NCBI GenBank assembly: GCA_903864375.1 | Contig: CAIPFS010000043.1 | Coordinates: 1 to 52,571 of the forward strand | DNA length: 52,571 nt | Source: an uncultured Verrucomicrobiota bacterium | Lineage (GTDB): Bacteria; Verrucomicrobiota; Verrucomicrobiia; Limisphaerales; UBA9464 | Direction: 5' to 3' | Shown: positions 47,181 to 52,571 of the stretch, piece by piece | Position numbering within the stretch: position 1 is the first letter of the stretch | Layout of the letters: each line of letters begins with the position of its first letter | The notes under the pieces: generated by a model | What the model was told of the DNA's origin: nothing | Database searches by the model: none | The model's input: only the letters and a program-made list of their open reading frames with translations | Position numbers and translations under genes: made by a program

Positions 47181-49079
47181 ATGAGCTCATCCAAATTCCA
47201 GACCGCCTTGTACTCCTCCGTCGGCGTCGGGCTGGTGTTCATCGCACTGATTGGGGCCAACATTATTTTGAGTCCGGTGCGCGCCCGGATCGATCTGACG
47301 GCGGACAAACTCCACACCCTCTCTCCGGGAACCAAGGCCATCCTGGCCAAGGTGGATGCCCCCATCCAAATCCGGTTTTATTCCAGCCAGGGCAAGGACC
47401 GGATGCCCGCTGAAATCAAGAGCTACGTTCAGACCGTTGATGACCTGCTCGCCGAGTTTCGTGCCCAGACCGGCGGAAAGATTGAAATTCGCAAGCTCGA
47501 CCCCGAACCCGATTCCGAGGCGGAAGAGCTGGCGCGGGTGGACGGCATCGAGCCGCAATTGCTTCGGAATGGGGAGCAATTGTACCTCGGCCTGATTGTG
47601 GAGTACGCTCCCCAAAAGTCCCCCATCTCCTTCCTCTCGCCGCAGCGTGAAAAGCTGCTCGAATATGATCTGGCCCGGGCCGTTTCCGAGGTGATCAGCA
47701 CCAATCGCCCCGTGGTGGGTGTCATGTCGCCGCTTCAAGTCATGGGCGGCTTCAACCCCATGGCGATGCAGATGGGCAGGCAGGGGCAGTCCGAGCCCTG
47801 GGTGATCATCAGTGAATTGAAGCGTCAATTCCAGGTGCAGAATGTCCCCATGGACAGCGAAAAGATCGACGACGCCATCAAGGTCATGGTGGTGCTGCAT
47901 CCGAAGGAGATTTCCGACAAGGCCCAATACGCCCTCGACCAGTTTGTCCTGCGCGGCGGAAAGCTCATCGCCTTCCTCGACCCGCTCTGCCTGGCGGACA
48001 ACCGCCAGCCCAACCAGATGGGACTCAGCCTCGGCGGCGGCTCCAGCATGCCGAAACTGCTCAAGGCGTGGGGGCTGGAGTTTGACGCCACCAAGGTGGT
48101 CGCCGACCAGCAGTTCATGCGTCAATTGTCCGGACGCGATGGCCGGCCCCAACTGGTCCCCAGTTTTCTCTTCATGAACGCCGACGGCATCACCCAGGAT
48201 GATCCCGTCACCGGTCAGACCGACGACCTCTGGATTCCATTCGCAGGGGCCTTCACCGGCAAGGTGGCTGATGGTCTGCATCAGGACATCCTCCTCCACA
48301 CCACCCGCGATTCCCAATTGGTGGATGGCATGACCGCCCAGGTCAACGGTCAGAAGATTGTCGATGACTTCAAAGCCAGTGGCGTGTCGTACACGCTGGC
48401 GACCCGTCTCTACGGTAAATTCAAGACCGCCTTCCCGGACGGCAAGCCCGCAGCGGACAAGAAGGACGCCAAGCCGGAAGACCCCAAGACCGACACCAAG
48501 GAGGGCGAATCGCTGAAGGAGTCCAAGGCCGACGGTGTGGTCTACCTCTTCGGTGATGCCGACTTCCTGTACGATCCCTATTGTGTGGAAGTGAACCAGA
48601 TGTTGCGCGTGGCCATGCCCCGCAACGGCAATCTCGGGCTGTTCCAGAACCTGATTGAACAGGCGGCGGGAGATTCCAACCTGATCGGGGCGCGGAGCCG
48701 GGCCACGGTCCGGCGGACCTTCACCGTGGTCCAAAAGATGGAGACCGAGGCCCGTCAGCGTTATCAGGCGAAAATCGAGGGACTCGACAAGAAACAACAG
48801 GAACTTCAGAGCAAGCTCGCAGACCTCCAGATCAAGAAGGAGGGAAACACGGCCAAGGTCATCCTGACCCCGGAACAGCAGCAGGCCATCAAATCGTACA
48901 ACACCGACCTTGCCGCCACCAAAAAGGAATTGCGCATCGAACGCCGCAACCTGCGTCAGGATGTGGATGCCATGGAGAATCGGTTGAAGTGGGCCAACAT
49001 CCTGTTGATGCCGATTGTCGTCAGCTTCACCGGGCTCACCCTGGCCGTCCTTCGCCGCAAGCGCACCGCCGCCAAGTAA
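47181..49079 (+). CDS. GldG family protein (ABC-type auxiliary component)
   Basis: N-terminal and C-terminal TM anchors flank a large extracytoplasmic domain. Third position after the GldA/GldF-like genes. Confidence 0.7.
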   Translation: MSSSKFQTALYSSVGVGLVFIALIGANIILSPVRARIDLTADKLHTLSPGTKAILAKVDAPIQIRFYSSQGKDRMPAEIKSYVQTVDDLLAEFRAQTGGKIEIRKLDPEPDSEAEELARVDGIEPQLLRNGEQLYLGLIVEYAPQKSPISFLSPQREKLLEYDLARAVSEVISTNRPVVGVMSPLQVMGGFNPMAMQMGRQGQSEPWVIISELKRQFQVQNVPMDSEKIDDAIKVMVVLHPKEISDKAQYALDQFVLRGGKLIAFLDPLCLADNRQPNQMGLSLGGGSSMPKLLKAWGLEFDATKVVADQQFMRQLSGRDGRPQLVPSFLFMNADGITQDDPVTGQTDDLWIPFAGAFTGKVADGLHQDILLHTTRDSQLVDGMTAQVNGQKIVDDFKASGVSYTLATRLYGKFKTAFPDGKPAADKKDAKPEDPKTDTKEGESLKESKADGVVYLFGDADFLYDPYCVEVNQMLRVAMPRNGNLGLFQNLIEQAAGDSNLIGARSRATVRRTFTVVQKMETEARQRYQAKIEGLDKKQQELQSKLADLQIKKEGNTAKVILTPEQQQAIKSYNTDLAATKKELRIERRNLRQDVDAMENRLKWANILLMPIVVSFTGLTLAVLRRKRTAAK

Positions 49080-49100
49080 ACCCGTCCACCCCAGTCAACC

Positions 49101-50303
49101 ATGAAGTCCACTCAATTCGTCGTGCTCGCCGTTGTGGCCGCCGGACTCGGCGGCGGCGGGCTCTATGTCCTCAATCGTCAGCACCAGGATTATCAGCAGG
49201 GCGCCCGCCAACTGGGCGGTCAGTTGCTGGCCAGCTTTGATGTGAACGCCGTGGCCGGCATCCGCCTCACCCAGGGAACCAACACCGTGAATGTCCTGCG
49301 GAATGGTGACAACTGGACGATCCGCGAACGCAGTGGTTATCCGGCCAACTTCGCCCAGATTGCCGAGTTCGTCCGAAAACTCTCCGAACTGAAAGTCGCC
49401 AATCCCATCACCGTGGGGGCCTCCCGTCTGCCGATGCTCGAGCTCACCCGGGAAACCGGGACGCTCGTTGAATTGCTCGACAAGGATGGAAAGGCCATCA
49501 AGACCCTGATGTTGGGCAAAACCCACACCCGGGGGTCGGGTGAAGAATCCCCCTTCGGCGGCGGCGGCATGCCCGACGGACGCTACGTCCAGGCCGGAAC
49601 GGGCACGGACGGTGTCGCACTGGTGGCGGATGCCCTGGCCAGCGCCAATACCAAGGCGGAAGAGTGGATTGCCAAGGACTTCCTCAAGGTCGAGCAACCG
49701 GTGTTCATCGAGGTCGTCCATCCCGAGGCCACCAACAGCTTCACCCTTACCCGCACGAATGAATTTGCCGACTGGCAACTGACGGAGGCCCAGACTGGCC
49801 AGGAGCTGGATAAATCGAAACTGTTCAGCTTCAACACCGTCCTCAGCGGGGCCAGCTTCAACGATGTCACGGACAAGCCGGACCTCGCCAAAGCCGGATT
49901 GGAACATCCGGTTGAGGCCCAGGTTCGAACCGCAGCCGGTTTCACCTACAAGCTGAAGCTGGGTAAAGCCGAGGGGGACAACGTCTCGATGCAGGTCACG
50001 ACCGACGCCGCCCTGGTCAGGGAACGGACCCCGGGCAAGGACGAAAAACCGGAGGACAAGGACAAGCTCGACAAGGAGTTCAAGGAGAAGCTGGCCAAAC
50101 TGGAGGAAAAACTCAAGGCGGAGCAGGCGTTTGGAAAGTGGACCTATACGGTTTCAAAGTGGTCGGTCGACGCCCTTTTGAAAAATCGCTCCGAGTTGCT
50201 GGCTGAGAAAAAGGCGGCAACAACTCCTGCGGGAGCCGGGGCACCCCAGGTGCCGACGGACTCCCTTCTCGATTCAACGGTGCTCAAACCCCCCGGGCAA
50301 TAG
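49101..50303 (+). CDS. DUF4340 domain protein
   Basis: N-terminal TM anchor. Usual position after GldG-like genes. Family call is from memory of the sequence style (VNVLRNGDNWTIRERSGYPAN...). Confidence 0.55.
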   Translation: MKSTQFVVLAVVAAGLGGGGLYVLNRQHQDYQQGARQLGGQLLASFDVNAVAGIRLTQGTNTVNVLRNGDNWTIRERSGYPANFAQIAEFVRKLSELKVANPITVGASRLPMLELTRETGTLVELLDKDGKAIKTLMLGKTHTRGSGEESPFGGGGMPDGRYVQAGTGTDGVALVADALASANTKAEEWIAKDFLKVEQPVFIEVVHPEATNSFTLTRTNEFADWQLTEAQTGQELDKSKLFSFNTVLSGASFNDVTDKPDLAKAGLEHPVEAQVRTAAGFTYKLKLGKAEGDNVSMQVTTDAALVRERTPGKDEKPEDKDKLDKEFKEKLAKLEEKLKAEQAFGKWTYTVSKWSVDALLKNRSELLAEKKAATTPAGAGAPQVPTDSLLDSTVLKPPGQ

Positions 50304-50322
50304 CCTGGAGAATCCCCAAGGG

Positions 50323-51246
50323 GTGGGGCGACAATCTGAGGCGGAACCGCAAAAGAAGATGAGCGCCAGGCCGGTCGAACCAGGTCCGGCTCCAGCAGCG
50401 TCCCCGGCCAGAAGCGCCGGGCCGCCCGGGTCGACGGAATTTTTCCGCGACCTGTTTTCGGGAAGTGGCTTTCGATTCGAACTCGGACTGCGACGCGCCG
50501 GGCCGGATTGGTTTTCACTGGCCCATGAGGCAACCGATTCGGTGCTTCTGGACCGTGCCCGGTGGCTTGCCTCCGAGGTGAAAGAACCTGAAGGAGTGGT
50601 TTGGAGCCCGCCAGCCGACGCCTTGCTTCAGGAACTGCTGAACCACTATTTCCATTCTCCAGAATGGATGGATGCTGGGATGCCCCCGTCCGAGGTGGCG
50701 CGATCTCTGAGCCGTCGTTGGAAAACCGATTTCCTTCTTTTATCCAGAGATGCCGAGGAACGGTTTCGGTTTGTGGGTGGATCGGTCTGCTTCCCTTCGG
50801 GATGGGCCCCCGGGGAAAAGCTGGGGCTGGGACTGGAGGCCATTCACGACCCGGTCCCCGACCTCAACGCGCAATTGGCATCGCGCATCAACACCTTCCT
50901 GGGGCGCCTCCAACCCGGAACCTCGTTCGAGCGATTCAACTGGGGTGTGGCTGCCGTTTCCGATCGGAACCATCACCCGCGCCGGGGACTTCCCCGATTG
51001 ATTCGGGGGTATCCGCTCTCAGGGGCCTGGTTACGACTGGAACACCAGAGTTTCCATGCCCTGCCCCGAACGGGTGGAATCGTTTTCCTGATCGACCTGA
51101 CCGTGCATCCGATCGGCCCGGTGCTTGCGGACCACGCAACCGCCCGCGGTTTCGCCCATCAGCTCCGCACCATGCCGCACGAAGTAGCGGTCTATAAAGG
51201 CCTCGATGCCGTCCGCGACGAATGGGTCGACGGGTTGGGTACCTAA
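50323..51246 (+). CDS. DUF3445 domain protein (heme-dependent oxidative N-demethylase alpha-subunit-like)
   Basis: GTG at 50323 (alternative ATG at 50359). GGSVCFPSGWAPGEKLG...IHDPVP...RFNW... blocks resemble DUF3445. Confidence 0.55.
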   Translation: MGRQSEAEPQKKMSARPVEPGPAPAASPARSAGPPGSTEFFRDLFSGSGFRFELGLRRAGPDWFSLAHEATDSVLLDRARWLASEVKEPEGVVWSPPADALLQELLNHYFHSPEWMDAGMPPSEVARSLSRRWKTDFLLLSRDAEERFRFVGGSVCFPSGWAPGEKLGLGLEAIHDPVPDLNAQLASRINTFLGRLQPGTSFERFNWGVAAVSDRNHHPRRGLPRLIRGYPLSGAWLRLEHQSFHALPRTGGIVFLIDLTVHPIGPVLADHATARGFAHQLRTMPHEVAVYKGLDAVRDEWVDGLGT

Positions 51247-51248
51247 AA

Positions 51249-51554
51249 CTAGACGAAGACGCTCAGGAAGAGGCATAGGCCTGAAAAGGCCATTGAAGTC
51301 ACGTTCCACGATTTCGGAGTCCGTTTTTCACGCAGGATGAGCCAACTCACGGCCATCGAAAGGGCGCATAGGACCAGAGCAATGATCCGAAGTTGATCGA
51401 CGACAGCCCAGAACTGAGCACCCACCTGATCGGAACGGAGGCCTGCGTTCCTGGCCGACCGATACCACCAGCGAAGTTGACCATAGACCACAACCATGGA
51501 CAACCCAGTCAAGGAAATCGCGCCATTGATTCCCAGAATGAGTTTGGCCGACAT
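51249..51554 (-). CDS. hypothetical small membrane protein (three predicted TM helices)
   Basis: ATG at 51554 within ORF 51249..51656. No family recognised, so it may not be a real gene. Confidence 0.3.
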   Translation of the reverse strand: MSAKLILGINGAISLTGLSMVVVYGQLRWWYRSARNAGLRSDQVGAQFWAVVDQLRIIALVLCALSMAVSWLILREKRTPKSWNVTSMAFSGLCLFLSVFV

Positions 51555-51660
51555 CTCGTTCCGATACGCGCGATTCAAGTGCCAGTCCACGCAATACGGT
51601 CCGACCACCACCGGCCGAGACGCCCGGGCTCCCAGGTGGGCGCCACGACATCCCATGTCC

Positions 51661-51762
51661 TTTCTTCAGAATCTGCGAAAATCTGCGTTCATCTGCGGAC
51701 CCTAAACCAAAGGCGGCAGAAATTCGTCCGCAGATTTCGCAGATTTCCGCAGATGAAGAAAA
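51661..51762. repeat. imperfect palindromic element built from phased ATCTGCG / CGCAGAT heptamers
   Basis: Left arm has ATCTGCG at 51671, 51681 and 51691 (10-nt phasing). Right arm has CGCAGAT at 51729, 51738 and 51748. Outer ends are TTTCTTCA / TGAAGAAAA. Confidence 0.7.
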
Positions 51763-51790
51763 GGACTGTGGGTGCCTTGGGAGACGAACC

Positions 51791-51907
51791 GAACCGCCGC
51801 GGCTCACCAGGAGGTTCGCCCTACCATGGCTTTACAAACCATCTATGCAACCTATTGAATGTCAGACACATTGGTAGGGCGAGGCTCCCGCCGAGCCACG
51901 GCGGTTC
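51791..51907. repeat. 36-nt imperfect inverted repeat flanking a 45-nt AT-richer core (MITE/REP-like)
   Basis: GAACCGCCGCGGCTCACCAGGAGGTTCGCCCTACCA (51791..51826) against the reverse complement of TGGTAGGGCGAGGCTCCCGCCGAGCCACGGCGGTTC (51872..51907). 30 of 36 positions pair. Confidence 0.7.
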
Positions 51908-52044
51908 TAACAACTCCAATTCCGCTCGCACCTATCCAATAGGGGGGCAATGACGTAACAGCTCCGGTCCACACTAAACCGTGTACTCCCCCGACAGCCA
52001 CTCTTCATGAACCAACGACCGCGCCGTAGCGCAGACATTCCTGT

Positions 52045-52146
52045 CTGCTGTATCGCCGACTTTCCAGTCGGCTGCGCCGCGCCACGTGCCATAGCACCCC
52101 GGTTCGCCCTAAGGCCCGGCAGGCCTGGAGGCCCGCGATACAGCAG
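52045..52146. repeat. GC-rich structured repeat: 12-bp perfect long-range inverted repeat enclosing smaller hairpins
   Basis: CTGCTGTATCGC (52045..52056) pairs with GCGATACAGCAG (52135..52146). Inner stem GCCGAC (52055..52060) / GTCGGC (52067..52072). Confidence 0.6.
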
Positions 52147-52196
52147 GTTTGGAAACCTGCGCCACGGCGCACGGGCGTCGGAATGCTCGTCCGGGA

Positions 52197-52571
52197 CTAA
52201 TCTTCCGAGGGGGTCGGCGGGGCCGAGGGCGCCGGGCGATCAGGCGGGGCAACCGGCAGCAGATGAGCCGGAACCGGAGCGATGGCGTCGATCCGCAGTT
52301 TCCGCTTTCCGCCCTCCGTCTTGAATTCCACTTCCGATCCGACGGGCTTGTTCATCAACGACTGGCCCAGCGGGGTCAGGTAATTGAGGACATTCCGGTC
52401 CGGATCGCCATCCCATGCTCCCAACAGGGCGAGGGTTTCGACCTTTCCAGAATCGAGATCGGTGACCGTGACCTGGGTGCCGGGACCCGCGACATCCCAT
52501 TTCGAGGTCGCGAAGTCGACACCCCGCGCCCGCGACAGCATGAGCTCCAATTCGTGCTTCTGGCGGTTGAG
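52197..52571 (-). CDS. GreA/GreB family transcription elongation factor, C-terminal part (5' end beyond the right edge)
   Basis: The frame stays open to 52571. VTVTDLDSGKVETLALLG...YLTPLGQSLMNKPVGSEVEF matches the Gre C-terminal FKBP-like domain. Pro-rich tail. Confidence 0.65.
   Translation of the reverse strand, partial: LNRQKHELELMLSRARGVDFATSKWDVAGPGTQVTVTDLDSGKVETLALLGAWDGDPDRNVLNYLTPLGQSLMNKPVGSEVEFKTEGGKRKLRIDAIAPVPAHLLPVAPPDRPAPSAPPTPSED

Noticed and set aside
51811-51835. CCATGGCT within GGTTCGCCCTACCATGGCTTT as a fourth copy of the stress motif.
   Set aside because: Only 8 nt match, the flanks differ and the spacing is different. It lies on the plus strand inside the arm of an inverted repeat, with no downstream gene.
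51657-52324. ORFs 51393..51953(+), 51907..52092(-) and 52007..52324(+) across the terminal spacer; also the idea that the ATCTGCG repeats form a CRISPR array.
   Set aside because: The ORFs are translations of palindromic GC-rich repeats, and one overlaps the greA-family gene. The heptamer repeats have a 9-10 nt period with no spacers and form an inverted rather than direct architecture, so this is not a CRISPR array.

Overview
GC-rich chromosomal segment with hallmarks of the PVC superphylum, most like Verrucomicrobiota. These are a DUF1549/DUF1553 + DUF1501 gene pair, a PVC-type CxxCH heme-binding protein, a fused LpxC/FabZ, and short GC-rich palindromic intergenic repeats. I call about 40 CDS. 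I saw no rRNA, tRNA, CRISPR array, integrase or transposase, but this was by eye only, with no tRNA or CRISPR scan. Gene order from left to right is as follows. CPBP protease; an RluA-RlmI fusion; three tandem DUF21/CBS (CorC-like) paralogues; a TIM-barrel isomerase; fabI. Then a roughly 2,950-aa cyclic beta-1,2-glucan synthase whose frame is broken inside a C6 run. Directly upstream on the same strand lies a run of small envelope and stationary-phase stress genes: lmo0937-like, 3xBON, entericidin, YqjK/YqjE/YqjD-like and YciF-like. Next come a transglutaminase-like gene; the DUF1549/1553 + DUF1501 pair; lpxA and lpxC/fabZ; a 933-aa orphan divergent from a YtrA-type GntR-ABC module; an SPFH + ribbon-helix-helix pair; and the PVC heme protein. 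The window ends with an OMP-Wza-Wzc export trio, gntK, a GldA/F/G-like ABC operon with DUF4340 and DUF3445, a repeat-dense spacer, and a partial greA-family gene. I found no complete, obviously novel multi-gene machine. The best candidates for undescribed biology are four. (1) A 17-19 nt motif with fixed-distance -10-like hexamers upstream of all three stress transcription units. (2) A 28-nt near-palindrome with GATATC hexamers at 11-bp phasing in front of the SPFH-RHH operon. (3) The homopolymer frame break in the glucan synthase. (4) The orphan 933-aa protein and the PVC-type repeat cluster. All family assignments come from recognising motifs in the translations. No searches were run.
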